Virus record (IMG/VR): IMGVR_UViG_2974753081_000001
Span: 64,001 to 128,000 of that record
Origin: a virus
Taxonomy: Duplodnaviria > Caudoviricetes
DNA: 64,000 bases
Direction: 5' to 3' (one strand)
Position 1 is the first letter of the stretch, and every line of letters begins with the position of its first letter. Below are positions 47,799-57,184 of this stretch, piece by piece. Both the position numbers and the translations under genes were made by a program. Below the pieces are notes generated by a model. The model was not told the origin of the DNA. It was given only the letters and a program-made list of their open reading frames with translations, and did not search any database.

Positions 47799-48101
47799 AT
47801 GTCTACTGCCACACCGCCTGTCGGCTGGTACAAATGCACGCCCACCCAGGCATGGATGCTGGCCGTCCTGCAGTCCGAGGGCGAGGTCCACTCCAACACC
47901 GACATCGGCCCGGCCAAGCGCGCCGCGAACAAGCGCACCGCTCGCTCGCTGGTCGACCTCGGCGTCGCGACCTGGAGTCGCCCCGAGAACGGCCAGCACT
48001 GGAAGATCATCGAGCGCCGCCCCAAGCCGCTGACCCGCAAGGGCAAGAAGTCGGACGTCCCGCGCGCCAAGGTCGAGATCACGGCGCTGGTGGAGCGATA
48101 G
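47799..48101 (+). CDS. Hypothetical protein
   Basis: CCCGACC + GAGGAG RBS. Confidence 0.6.
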   Translation: MSTATPPVGWYKCTPTQAWMLAVLQSEGEVHSNTDIGPAKRAANKRTARSLVDLGVATWSRPENGQHWKIIERRPKPLTRKGKKSDVPRAKVEITALVER

Positions 48102-48107
48102 CCCCAG

Positions 48108-48431
48108 ATGTCTGCCTACAGCCCCGTGGGATTTGACCTGATGCGCCACCTGCTGCACCCCCGCAACGCGATTGCGGCCCCGGTGCATCGGGTGGCGCTC
48201 GGGCGCATCCTGCACGACGAGTCCCTGACGTTCGAGCAAGGCCGCGACCAGGTCGTGAGCGAGCTGCGCAACTCGGCGTGGATCAAGTCCGTCGCCGACT
48301 TCGACCCTGTCCACGTAATGCTCGACGATCTCGCCGAGACCCGGACGCACCTGGAGTTCCTGGCCGAGTTCGAGGCCATCCGCGACCAGGCGGACTACCA
48401 CCGCTGCTGGATTGACGTGGTGCCGACGTGA
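48108..48431 (+). CDS. Hypothetical protein
   Basis: D.AD..R.WI terminal motif. Confidence 0.6.
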   Translation: MSAYSPVGFDLMRHLLHPRNAIAAPVHRVALGRILHDESLTFEQGRDQVVSELRNSAWIKSVADFDPVHVMLDDLAETRTHLEFLAEFEAIRDQADYHRCWIDVVPT

Positions 48432-48640
48432 TGCGCCGCAAGACCTTCCCTGCCCAGTACCCCGGCACCTGCAACGCCTGCGGTGACCGCTTCCCCGAGG
48501 ACACTCAGATCAGCTACGACGACACCGACCGCACTGTCCATGCCGACGCCGACGAATGCGGCGTCGCTCCGGCACCGAGCCGCCTGCGTATGCCCGGCGT
48601 CTGTCCGGAGTGCAACCTCATGCACGCGGGGGAGTGCTGA
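48428..48640 (+). CDS. Zn-binding hypothetical protein
   Basis: A.YPGTC..C, CPEC..H.G.C. Confidence 0.6.
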   Translation: MMRRKTFPAQYPGTCNACGDRFPEDTQISYDDTDRTVHADADECGVAPAPSRLRMPGVCPECNLMHAGEC

Positions 48641-49149
48641 TGACGACCGGCGAACAGCTCCGAGACGAGGGCATGCAGCAGGTTGACGAGACCCACACCG
48701 CATGGCGAGAGCACGCGGACCAGGTGATGGCTGCGCTGATCGAGCTGCGCAGGCCGTTCTCGGCGAACGACTTCAACGAGCACATGGCTGCGTTCGGCCT
48801 GGAGCCGCACCATCCGTCATCGATTGGCGCGCTGTTCGGTGGGTACGCCAAGCGCGGTCTCATCGTTCGCTGCGGCACCGCTCGGCCCACCAAGGCCAGC
48901 TCGCACGCGCGCACCTACGCGCAGTGGATCGCTGCCGACGTCGCCTTCCCGTCGACTCCGGAGGCCAACCTCCGTCGCGCGCTCGCTGCGCTGTCGGACA
49001 TCCGCGCGCGTGTCGAGGCTGCGTCGCAGACGCCGGTTGATCCCTACGACCGCGACGGCCTGATGCGTGTCCGTTCGTTCCGCGAGTGCCTGGACATCGT
49101 GGACGACGAGATCGACAGAAGACGGGATGACAATGGCCGACCTACCTGA
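48640..49149 (+). CDS. Hypothetical protein (wHTH-like)
   Basis: G..LRD.GM ... GALF...AK.GLI. Confidence 0.6.
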   Translation: MTTGEQLRDEGMQQVDETHTAWREHADQVMAALIELRRPFSANDFNEHMAAFGLEPHHPSSIGALFGGYAKRGLIVRCGTARPTKASSHARTYAQWIAADVAFPSTPEANLRRALAALSDIRARVEAASQTPVDPYDRDGLMRVRSFRECLDIVDDEIDRRRDDNGRPT

Positions 49150-49312
49150 CGACGGTTTTTCGGTGACTTACCTCGGTAACGGGGGTGTCCGCGTCACGCA
49201 CACCCCCACCGGGGAATCGCGCGAGTCGTCGCGGCACCCGGTGATGACCATGAACTTCGATGCTGCCTGGGAGGAGCTGAGGATGGAGCTGCAGACGAGG
49301 CCAGAGTCGTGA
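49127..49312 (+). CDS. Small hypothetical protein
   Basis: GVRVTHTPTG, reminiscent of release-factor domain 3 but without GGQ. Confidence 0.45.
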   Translation: MTMADLPDDGFSVTYLGNGGVRVTHTPTGESRESSRHPVMTMNFDAAWEELRMELQTRPES

Positions 49313-49404
49313 TCCGCGCGCTGAAGGTGTTCGCGGTGGCCGTCGGCATCGAGACCGCCCTCGGCCTTGCGTGCTGCGTTCTGCTGGTCTACCTCATGGA
49401 GTAG

Positions 49405-49459
49405 GACTTGCACGCACGTCTACACATGTGTATATTCGTAGGTGTAAGGGCCACAGGCC
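49405..49459 (+). promoter_or_regulatory. SigA-type promoter cassette 4
   Basis: TTGCAC-N17-TATATT, TACACATGTGTA, GGCC-ACA-GGCC. Confidence 0.85.
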
Positions 49460-49483
49460 ACCAAATCCCCAGGAGGAGCCACC

Positions 49484-50164
49484 ATGACCACCACCGCCAC
49501 CGTCCGCCCCATCGCCGGAGTCGACGCCAAGGACGGCCAGATCGGCTATGTCGAGGTCCTGCTCGCCGAGCGCAACTGGGCTGAGGCCACCCCCGCCACC
49601 TACGCGATGCGCGCTGGCGAGATCGCTGCCGCCATCCAGATCGTTCGCAACCCGGAGCTGGCTGCCAAGGCCGGTGCCACCGCTCCGTTCGACGGCGGCA
49701 AGCTCAACCAGGTGCTCCACTTCGCCAACTCCAAGCCGCTGACCATCAAGGGCGCGAGCGCGCTGATCGACTGGCTGAAGACGGTGGAGCGCAAGGCCGC
49801 TCCGGCTCGCACCGCTCACACCCGTCCGGCCACCGCACTCCCCGAGGTCCCCGCCGGACGCTATGCCGTCGCCACCGACAAGGGCGCGATCAACGAGATC
49901 GCCTTCTACGTGGTCGACCGCCCGGAGACCGGCAAGTGGGCGGGCTACACCTTCGTCAAGCGCCTGGAGAGCGACACCGAGGTTCGCCTCGGTCGCGCGC
50001 AGGCCGCGACGGTGCTCGCCAAGATCGCCGCCGATCCCGCTGCTGCCAGCAAGCTCTACGGCCACGAGATCGGTGCCTGCGGCGTCTGCGGTCGCACCCT
50101 CACGAATGACGCCAGCCGCGAGGCCGGTATCGGTCCGAAGTGCCAGGCCAAGGCTGGCTGGTGA
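49484..50164 (+). CDS. Protein with C-terminal DUF6011-like Zn finger
   Basis: CGVCGRTLT...S...GIGPKC. Confidence 0.75.
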   Translation: MTTTATVRPIAGVDAKDGQIGYVEVLLAERNWAEATPATYAMRAGEIAAAIQIVRNPELAAKAGATAPFDGGKLNQVLHFANSKPLTIKGASALIDWLKTVERKAAPARTAHTRPATALPEVPAGRYAVATDKGAINEIAFYVVDRPETGKWAGYTFVKRLESDTEVRLGRAQAATVLAKIAADPAAASKLYGHEIGACGVCGRTLTNDASREAGIGPKCQAKAGW

Positions 50165-50168
50165 CACC

Positions 50169-50197
50169 GAGGGACGGGGGCTCCGGCCCCCGCCCTC
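50169..50197 (+). terminator. GC hairpin terminator-like
   Basis: CGGGGGC-TCCG-GCCCCCG right after stop. Confidence 0.55.
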
Positions 50198-50209
50198 TGA
50201 CCCCAGGAG

Positions 50210-50416
50210 ATGATCATGAACGAGGTGTGGGCGGTCACCGAGTCCGGCTGCCCCGAGGAGTGCTGCAATTACGTGAGCGGGACCACCGTGGTGGCCCTGT
50301 TCGACAACAAACAGGCCGCTGACCAGCTAGCTGACCGCAAGGGCTACGGGTTCTACTCCCAGCGCCTGCGCGTCTACCACGCCCCCAGGGACGTGCCGGA
50401 GTACCTCCGCACGTGA
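50210..50416 (+). CDS. Hypothetical protein
   Basis: AGGAG RBS. Confidence 0.55.
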   Translation: MIMNEVWAVTESGCPEECCNYVSGTTVVALFDNKQAADQLADRKGYGFYSQRLRVYHAPRDVPEYLRT

Positions 50417-50435
50417 CGAGAAGGAGAACCTGAAG

Positions 50436-50636
50436 ATGATGATCGAATGCCGTGTCCGCGCTGATGTGGACATCAAGAAGTGGGCCGAGCTGTACGACAC
50501 CGACGGCCAAAAGATCTCTGAGGTCCGCAAGGACATCCGCACCTGGATGCGCGAGACGGTGATCGACGCGATGGAGGACGAGGGCTTGCTGCTGCTCGAC
50601 CCCGACGGCAAGCCGGTAACGAACCTGTTCGAGTAG
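50436..50636 (+). CDS. Hypothetical protein
   Basis: AAGGAG RBS. Confidence 0.55.
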   Translation: MMIECRVRADVDIKKWAELYDTDGQKISEVRKDIRTWMRETVIDAMEDEGLLLLDPDGKPVTNLFE

Positions 50637-50643
50637 CCGATAC
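50616..50643 (+). promoter_or_regulatory. SigD-like promoter GTAACG-N16-CGATAC
   Basis: Family member. Confidence 0.7.
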
Positions 50644-50685
50644 CCACTTCGACCCCGACCAACCACCCCCGACCAAGGAGTCCCT

Positions 50686-51321
50686 ATGCCCATCCTGACC
50701 ATCGACGGCATCGAGGTGACGATGACCGTCGCCGAGTTTGTCGAGTACCAGCGGCTGTCGAAAGCCGAACCGCCCCCGACGCCCGAGCCGGAGCCTCGCA
50801 AGACCCGTGGCAGCTCGCGCAAGCGCAACGACGCCGAACGTCGTCGCATGGAGCTGCAGCGGCAGGGGTACGCCAACGTCACCAACCTGATGAGCACCAT
50901 CGTGTTCGTGCATTCGGTGCTGGAGTATGTGGTGCCCGGCTCCGAGAGCTACGACATGGACGGTGTCGAGGGTCGGCACGGCTGGCTGCTCTCGCGCGAG
51001 TCGGGGGAGGTGAACCGGCTCAACCGCTATGTCTCGGTCGCGCGCTCGCTGCAGCCCGGCGTCGGCGAGTACCTCTGGCCCCCGGCCATCGCGGCGGCGC
51101 TCATCTGCATCGAGATCGACTACGGCGTCGACACCGCCATTGCGGCCCAGGGCGCGCTGTCGCGGCGCGGCGTGATCACTGCGGTGGTGAAGCTGCACTC
51201 CAAGGCGTTCCTGAAGCTGTCGGAGCAGGATCGCGCCGCCGGTCACATCCGGCTGCACCGGAACCAGCAGATGGAGGTCTGGAGCGGCACCTATGACCTG
51301 CTCGTGAAGGCGGTGGAGTGA
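50686..51321 (+). CDS. Hypothetical protein
   Basis: Two CCCGACC + AAGGAG. Confidence 0.7.
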   Translation: MPILTIDGIEVTMTVAEFVEYQRLSKAEPPPTPEPEPRKTRGSSRKRNDAERRRMELQRQGYANVTNLMSTIVFVHSVLEYVVPGSESYDMDGVEGRHGWLLSRESGEVNRLNRYVSVARSLQPGVGEYLWPPAIAAALICIEIDYGVDTAIAAQGALSRRGVITAVVKLHSKAFLKLSEQDRAAGHIRLHRNQQMEVWSGTYDLLVKAVE

Positions 51322-51337
51322 TGGCGGTCAGCAGGCA

Positions 51338-51365
51338 GTAACGCTCTGGCTCGCTCGGACGATGT
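51338..51365 (+). promoter_or_regulatory. SigD-like promoter GTAACG-N16-CGATGT
   Basis: Family member, intergenic. Confidence 0.7.
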
Positions 51366-51398
51366 ACTGGGCAGGCCATCCCGACCGAAGGAGAGAAC

Positions 51399-51713
51399 AT
51401 GGCAGAACAAGGCGACCCCGCTCAGGTCCTCAGCGGCCTCGGGGTCGGCGGCATGCGCCCACTCGCGGCGCTGGAGGAGTCGCGGCAGGCAGGCGAGGGC
51501 TTTCAGGCCATCGCCGCCTTTGTCGATTGGCTGCGAAACAACGGCATGGGTATCGGGCTGCGCCCCGTGCTCCCCGACGCCCGGTTGATCCCGCTGACGG
51601 ACCCGGCGGAGGACTTCGCTGCTGCGTTCTACGACATCGACATCGAGGCACTACATGCCGATCGTGCCGAGTACATCTATCGGCAGCAGGCAGCTCGCGG
51701 CGGTCGGCTGTGA
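51399..51713 (+). CDS. Hypothetical protein
   Basis: CCCGACC + AAGGAG. Confidence 0.65.
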   Translation: MAEQGDPAQVLSGLGVGGMRPLAALEESRQAGEGFQAIAAFVDWLRNNGMGIGLRPVLPDARLIPLTDPAEDFAAAFYDIDIEALHADRAEYIYRQQAARGGRL

Positions 51714-52135
51714 CTGGTCACTGCTCGGCCCCCATCGAGCACCGGGTGTTCTGCTACAACGGCGCGGAGGCCCGCCCCATCGAGGACTTCCGGCTCTGGA
51801 GCGACGACGAAGCCCCCACCCACCAGGTGGAGGCACAGGACGTGCGGGTCGGCGACTGGATTGTTGCCACCACCCCTTACGATTCGTCGCGATCCAAGCG
51901 TCCATTCCGGGAGTACAGGGTCACCCAGACTCTCGCGCGCGAGGGCGCGGTGACTCTGGTGATGCACATCGGCTACGGACTCCGCCTCGGCCACAACTAC
52001 GACGTCCACATTCAGCTTCACCCCACCGACCTGATCTGGGTCTATCGAATCCCGAGGAGTACAGATGAGCAAGAAGACCGTGCGCTTCGCCGAGCCGACC
52101 GTGATGGTGGCTTCGTACAGCCAGCCGAACCCTGA
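51710..52135 (+). CDS. Hypothetical protein
   Basis: GTGA coupling; 3' end overlaps thyX. Confidence 0.5.
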   Translation: MTGHCSAPIEHRVFCYNGAEARPIEDFRLWSDDEAPTHQVEAQDVRVGDWIVATTPYDSSRSKRPFREYRVTQTLAREGAVTLVMHIGYGLRLGHNYDVHIQLHPTDLIWVYRIPRSTDEQEDRALRRADRDGGFVQPAEP

Positions 52136-52808
52136 GCTGCGAGACATCCTCGGCGAGGTGAACGTCCCGGCGCTGCAGGTGGTCCCGGAGTTCGCCGGAC
52201 GCGCGTGCTACCAGAGCTGGGACAAGCCCAACCCGGCGACCGCTACCAACGCGGGGTACCTGGCGAACATCATCAAGCAGAAGCACTTCAGCGTGATCGA
52301 GCACAGCTCCATCGGGTTCTACATCCAGGGCGTCTCGCGCTCGCTGACCCACGAGCTGGTCCGGCACCGGCACTTCTCCTACAGCCAGCTGAGTCAGCGG
52401 TATGTCGACAGCTCCGACGTCGGGTTCGTGCTGCCGCCGGACTTCGAGGGCGACGACGAAGCGATCGAGGTGTTCCGCGCGGACTGCGAGGACCGGCTGG
52501 AGATGTACCAGTGGTTCCAGGACCATCAGGCCAAGAAGGGCCTCGGCAAGAAGGCCACCCGACAGTCGGCTCGGTCGGTGCTGCCCAACGCCACCGAGAC
52601 CAAGCTGGTGATGACCGGCAACCTTCGGGCCTGGATGGAGTTCATGGTCAAGCGCGACAACCCCGCCGCCGACGTCGAGATTCAGCGGTTGGCCCGCATG
52701 ATCGGTCTGCACCTCGGCACCCTGGCCCCGAGCGTGTTCGGCAGCGAGGCCCGCCCGCTCTGGGACGAGTTCCTGCGCGAGGCCGCTCAGCACGAGGCTC
52801 GGCAATGA
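52065..52808 (+). CDS. thyX: Flavin-dependent thymidylate synthase
   Basis: AGRACYQS, H.SVIEH, HELVRHRHFSYSQLSQRY, AR.VLPN, A..EI. Confidence 0.97.
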   Translation: MSKKTVRFAEPTVMVASYSQPNPELRDILGEVNVPALQVVPEFAGRACYQSWDKPNPATATNAGYLANIIKQKHFSVIEHSSIGFYIQGVSRSLTHELVRHRHFSYSQLSQRYVDSSDVGFVLPPDFEGDDEAIEVFRADCEDRLEMYQWFQDHQAKKGLGKKATRQSARSVLPNATETKLVMTGNLRAWMEFMVKRDNPAADVEIQRLARMIGLHLGTLAPSVFGSEARPLWDEFLREAAQHEARQ

Positions 52809-52987
52809 ACGGCATGGACCGGCTGATCTCGGCGCACCGCTACGACGAGCAGAAGAAGCCCGTCTGGGCGCAGCGGCCCCGTCCGTCCTGGCGTGGCGAC
52901 CCTGACGAATCCAATGACTACGAGTTCGACCCGGAGTTCGAGCACGAGCTGGTCTTCTACGGCACCGACGGAAGGTTCCCGCTCTGA
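52805..52987 (+). CDS. Hypothetical protein
   Basis: ATGA coupling. Confidence 0.5.
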   Translation: MNGMDRLISAHRYDEQKKPVWAQRPRPSWRGDPDESNDYEFDPEFEHELVFYGTDGRFPL

Positions 52988-53250
52988 TGGATAACGACAC
53001 CCCACTGACGACTCAGCGGGACATCGACCGCGCCTGGGACCTGTTGTTGGCCGCGCTCGACCGTGCGGGGGTTCCCCACGACAACTGGGCGCTGGTGCCG
53101 GGCAAGTACTGCGCTCCCCGCTTCGAGGATCGGTGCTGGCTGATCGTCTCCGGCGCTGACGTCGTACTTGACCTCGGCGTGTCCAAGGCATCGGCGTATC
53201 GGGCGCTGCTCGGTATGCGCTTCGGCGTCAAGCTGGCCCAGGAGAACTGA
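52987..53250 (+). CDS. Hypothetical protein
   Basis: Coupled ORF. Confidence 0.55.
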   Translation: MDNDTPLTTQRDIDRAWDLLLAALDRAGVPHDNWALVPGKYCAPRFEDRCWLIVSGADVVLDLGVSKASAYRALLGMRFGVKLAQEN

Positions 53251-53456
53251 TGCTCACCGACCCCGACCGCCGCAAGAAGGAATCCGACGCCGACTACGCA
53301 GCTCGCTGTGCCCGCTGGCACCGCTGGTCCTCGCAGGAGCCCACCGTCGATCTCTGGCTGGTGGACGACACCGAGGTGGCCGAGTACCGCGCGTGGGCCG
53401 GGACGACCGGCCTGCACCGACGCCGCGTTGAGGAACTGATGGAGATGGCCCGATGA
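53250..53456 (+). CDS. Hypothetical protein
   Basis: Coupled ORF. Confidence 0.5.
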   Translation: MLTDPDRRKKESDADYAARCARWHRWSSQEPTVDLWLVDDTEVAEYRAWAGTTGLHRRRVEELMEMAR

Positions 53457-53923
53457 CCCCTGAACGTCGCTACTACGAGATCGCGCCCGAAGTGGCTGCC
53501 CTGATCGCCGACTGGGAGGAGCGCATCCTGCCGCTGGTCCGGTCGCGATACCAGGGCACCGCCGAGGGCAAAGCACAGGAAGCCAGGCGTCTGGCCCGCA
53601 ACCGCGACCAGGAGGCATTGCTGCTCCCAGCCGACCCCACGTGGTCGAAAACCTCGCGTGCGAGCGGCAACGCGCCGCGCCGGGTGATCGTCGGCAGTGT
53701 GTGGGCCGGACACCCCGAGGAGAGCTGGGGCAAGCGCCACAGCGACAAGCTGAATCCGTCCCAGGACTGGGGCGACTGGATTCTGGATGGCCACGAAGAC
53801 TGGACCGTCCTCTGCTCGGTCAAAGATGTCCAGACTGGAAACCGGCAGAGCAAAGTCAACCCGGACTTCGTCGTGACCGCCGATGAGCCGCTGTACGCAC
53901 AACTGCTGGAAGGCATGAGATGA
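53453..53923 (+). CDS. Hypothetical protein
   Basis: ATGA coupling. Confidence 0.6.
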   Translation: MTPERRYYEIAPEVAALIADWEERILPLVRSRYQGTAEGKAQEARRLARNRDQEALLLPADPTWSKTSRASGNAPRRVIVGSVWAGHPEESWGKRHSDKLNPSQDWGDWILDGHEDWTVLCSVKDVQTGNRQSKVNPDFVVTADEPLYAQLLEGMR

Positions 53924-54333
53924 GCGACCAGAAGATCACCGCCGAAGAGCGCGAGCTGGCCGAGAAGATCGGCCTGGCTCCGCAGCCGGACCCTATCCAC
54001 AACGATCTGCCGAGCGCGCACGACCTGGTGATCGGATCGATCAAGGAGCACTTCGACCTCCGAGCAGAGCCGGAGCTGACCGATGCCGCACTGCGCCGGA
54101 TGTACAACGACCTGCTGGAGATGTACGTCGTGCTCAGCGGTGGCGCGCGTCCAGCGATCAAGGAGCTGCGCGCTCGCAAGGAGTTTGGCCTGCGCAAGTA
54201 CGGCACCCCTCTCCAGCCGCACAACGGCAGGGATCAGGTCGGCGACGCTCGCGATGAGATGGGCGACCTGCTGGTGTATGTCGTTTGCGAAATCTACGAG
54301 GGCATGTACCCGAAGGAGGGGAGCGGTGAATAA
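53920..54333 (+). CDS. Putative all-alpha (MazG-like) nucleotide pyrophosphohydrolase
   Basis: R..FG..KYGT.L...NGRD...DA.DE..D..VY. Confidence 0.55.
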   Translation: MSDQKITAEERELAEKIGLAPQPDPIHNDLPSAHDLVIGSIKEHFDLRAEPELTDAALRRMYNDLLEMYVVLSGGARPAIKELRARKEFGLRKYGTPLQPHNGRDQVGDARDEMGDLLVYVVCEIYEGMYPKEGSGE

Positions 54334-54661
54334 CGACGACTTCGAAACCGTGGGACGGCTGCTCGCCAATGTTCGGGAGATGGTCGCGGGGCTCGGTCGC
54401 CCCGGCCACGACCGCCCCTTCGTCTCGCTGATGCTGCGCGAGGACGACGGCGTCACGCTGCAGGTGCTCCGCCTAGACCCGGACCAGTTCCCCGAGTTCC
54501 GCCACCCGCGCTCACCGGTCCGGGTGTCGCACATCCGCGACGAGGATGGCTCTGTTGTCGTGGTGCTCGCGTGCAAGCGCGGCGAGCTGCTCGACGTGCT
54601 GCAGACCACGCTCGCCTATCTGCTGCTCCGCCCCGAGGACCGGGAGGGACTTGCTAGCTGA
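54326..54661 (+). CDS. Hypothetical protein
   Basis: AAGGAGG RBS. Confidence 0.55.
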   Translation: MNNDDFETVGRLLANVREMVAGLGRPGHDRPFVSLMLREDDGVTLQVLRLDPDQFPEFRHPRSPVRVSHIRDEDGSVVVVLACKRGELLDVLQTTLAYLLLRPEDREGLAS

Positions 54662-54702
54662 TCTATACGTGTGTATATTGAGTGGTGTTAGAGGCACAGC
54701 CC
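54648..54702 (+). promoter_or_regulatory. SigA-type promoter cassette 5
   Basis: TTGCTA-N17-TATATT, TATACGTGTGTA, GGC-ACA-GCC. Confidence 0.8.
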
Positions 54703-54725
54703 ACACCCTCACCGAGGAGATCGAC

Positions 54726-54881
54726 ATGTACGCACCCGCACCCACCGCCCGCGAGGCCGCATGGGACGCCGCGATGGACATCCACGACACCGTGAGCGAG
54801 GACGGCCACACCTGCGGCTGCGGCCAGGATGTCGCCGAGTGCCAGTTCGATCTCAGCCACCTGGAGGACCCCGAGGACTGA
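54726..54881 (+). CDS. Small hypothetical protein
   Basis: GAGGAG RBS after cassette. Confidence 0.55.
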   Translation: MYAPAPTAREAAWDAAMDIHDTVSEDGHTCGCGQDVAECQFDLSHLEDPED

Positions 54882-55102
54882 TGAGCTTCAACTACACCAA
54901 GCCGCAACTCACGAAGGGAGACCCGGAGACCTACTGGCACTGCTGGTGGTTCCTCGGGTGCCCCGAGTGTGGTACGAAAAAATACCGAACCCAGGAGATG
55001 CGGTCCTCCGCTCTCACCCAATTCCATCACCGGCACGGCGCTACCAAGCAGTGGACCGTCGAGCTGCCTGCTCCACTATCCGGCTTCAAGCCCCCGACCT
55101 AA
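54881..55102 (+). CDS. Hypothetical protein
   Basis: TGATG coupling; CPEC. Confidence 0.5.
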   Translation: MSFNYTKPQLTKGDPETYWHCWWFLGCPECGTKKYRTQEMRSSALTQFHHRHGATKQWTVELPAPLSGFKPPT

Positions 55103-55128
55103 GGCCCCAGGCCACCAAGGAGAAAATC

Positions 55129-55650
55129 ATGACCGCCTTCGAGAACCGCCACGGGTTCACTCTGCATCGCACCCCCAGCCACGGCGATTTCGACCGCAAG
55201 ACCAACACCGTGTTCGACGAGAATGTGGACCGGTGGGTGAACGCCGATGCGTTCTATGCCCACTACGGCATCGATGCACCGACCTACACCGACGCCGACA
55301 CCCGCATGCCGTTCCGCAAGGCGTTCGCGATCGTCGTGGGCTCGGTGGCCGCGTTCCTGGTCTTGCTCGCGCTGACCGGCGGTCTCGGAGGCGGGCACGA
55401 CGACACCTCGGAGCCGGTGACCAAGGCCGACCGATTCCTCGCGCAGATGGAGGAGGAGGAGATCGCCAACACCCGTGGCGACACCGGGCAGCTGGAGGCC
55501 GGGTTCTGGATTTGCGGCCTGGCTCAGGACGGCTACTCCTATAACGAGATCGTCAACACCGTCTCCGACAACTCGCCGGGGCTCGGCTACGGCAAGTCGA
55601 TGGTGCTGGTGTCCTACGCCATTGAGATCCTCTGCCCGCAGTACAGCTGA
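55129..55650 (+). CDS. Membrane protein with C-terminal DUF732-like domain
   Basis: TM segment, D.FL.....I...G.WIC.....G ... A...LCP.Y. Confidence 0.7.
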   Translation: MTAFENRHGFTLHRTPSHGDFDRKTNTVFDENVDRWVNADAFYAHYGIDAPTYTDADTRMPFRKAFAIVVGSVAAFLVLLALTGGLGGGHDDTSEPVTKADRFLAQMEEEEIANTRGDTGQLEAGFWICGLAQDGYSYNEIVNTVSDNSPGLGYGKSMVLVSYAIEILCPQYS

Positions 55651-55664
55651 GATACGATGGCCGC

Positions 55665-56423
55665 ATGGCCGAACTGAAGTGGCTAGGGCCACCCGGCAGC
55701 GGCAACTCCGCAGAGGTCATCACCCGCGACGACGTCACTGCCAAGAAGGGCACCGCGATGTCGGCTGCCCAGATCGACGCCCAGATCAGTGCCGCGCTCA
55801 CCGGCTACTCACTGAAGACCTACGTCGACTCGCAGGACTCGCCCAAGGCGCTGCTGTCGTATGTGAACTCGCGCGACGCGACCAAGCTCACTCGCGAAAT
55901 GCGCGGTGCTCCGAACGGCGCTCTGCCCCTGGACGCCAGCGGCATGATCCCCAAGGCGTACCTGAACAACAACTACCCCGCCTTCAACAAGGCGGTCCGG
56001 GGCTACTACTCCCCGGCGAGCTACGTCTCGACCAACTGGACCTCGCTCACCACTCAGAACGCCCAGAAGCTCTGCGCCGACATCACCATCCCCGACCCCG
56101 GCTATCCGTACCTGATCATCCCGTATGGCTACTGGGAGTGTCAGGTCAACTCGGCCTCGGGCGACAACACCTACCCGGAGATCAACGTCCGCGTCGGCAC
56201 GCGCGTGATCGGTCGCGGCGTGGGCGCGCTCAACATCATCGAGCCGCACAACTGCACCATCGGCCCCTACGACACCGTCGGCACGCCATTCACCGGCACC
56301 CAGACGGTGACCTGCCACGGCGGGCGCTGGAGGCCGTCTGGCTCCAACACCACGTCCATCAGCATCTTCGGGGCATCGACGGCCACCCCGCCCAAGCTGA
56401 TCCTGTTCCTGGCTGCCGCGTGA
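55665..56423 (+). CDS. Fibre/minor tail-like protein, paralog 1
   Basis: KTYVDSQD, NG.LPLDASG.IP..YL, beta-rich C-terminus. Confidence 0.65.
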   Translation: MAELKWLGPPGSGNSAEVITRDDVTAKKGTAMSAAQIDAQISAALTGYSLKTYVDSQDSPKALLSYVNSRDATKLTREMRGAPNGALPLDASGMIPKAYLNNNYPAFNKAVRGYYSPASYVSTNWTSLTTQNAQKLCADITIPDPGYPYLIIPYGYWECQVNSASGDNTYPEINVRVGTRVIGRGVGALNIIEPHNCTIGPYDTVGTPFTGTQTVTCHGGRWRPSGSNTTSISIFGASTATPPKLILFLAAA

Positions 56424-56430
56424 GGTCGAC

Positions 56431-57174
56431 ATGGCGAAGCTGAAGAACGTCGGCGCGTACCCGAACACCGAGGACTCGCTCGGGCGCACCGACTTCATGA
56501 ACACGACGTTCTCCGACCGAGGCGTGGTGCCCGCCGACGTCACCGCTGCGATGGATCAGGCCAAGGCCCCGCTCGCGCTGAAGACCTACATCGACGCCCA
56601 GGACGCGCTGTACACCACCAAGAGCTACGCCGACACCCAGGACAACCTGCTCATCGATGCCAGCCAGCTCGGGGCGTCCAACGGCATCGCCCAGCTCGGA
56701 GCCAACAGCAAGGTCACCGCGTCGGCTCTGCCACTGGCCGCAACCGTCCGGTCGCACAACTTCACCTACGGCACGATCAAGACGGTCTCCAGCGCGGGCG
56801 TCTACTGCACCAGCTTCACCGTCCCCAACCCAGGGTTCCGGTGGCAGCCGCTGTGGTCGGGGTGGACGATGTCGCGCTACTACGCCTCGCCCTACTGCTT
56901 TCCGGGCGTCTCGATCCGCGACAGCACCGGCAAGTGGGTGGCCCGAGGCTACGGATCGGGGCGCAACCTCAACGAGTGGTATCCCACCCCAATCACCAAC
57001 ACCCGCTATGAGACCGCTCCGCCGATCTGGTACGACGGCTCGGAGACGTTCGATCTGTACTACACCCGCGAGTACGGCACCGGGCAGGTTCAGGTCGGCC
57101 ACCTGTACTCGTGGTTCCAGTGCATGGTCGTCGCCGCAGCCAGCTCCACCACATCGCCGGTCGTCATCACGTAG
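56431..57174 (+). CDS. Fibre/minor tail-like protein, paralog 2
   Basis: KTYIDAQD, KSYADTQD, NGIAQLGANSKV..S.LP. Confidence 0.65.
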   Translation: MAKLKNVGAYPNTEDSLGRTDFMNTTFSDRGVVPADVTAAMDQAKAPLALKTYIDAQDALYTTKSYADTQDNLLIDASQLGASNGIAQLGANSKVTASALPLAATVRSHNFTYGTIKTVSSAGVYCTSFTVPNPGFRWQPLWSGWTMSRYYASPYCFPGVSIRDSTGKWVARGYGSGRNLNEWYPTPITNTRYETAPPIWYDGSETFDLYYTREYGTGQVQVGHLYSWFQCMVVAAASSTTSPVVIT

Positions 57175-57184
57175 GAGGACATCC

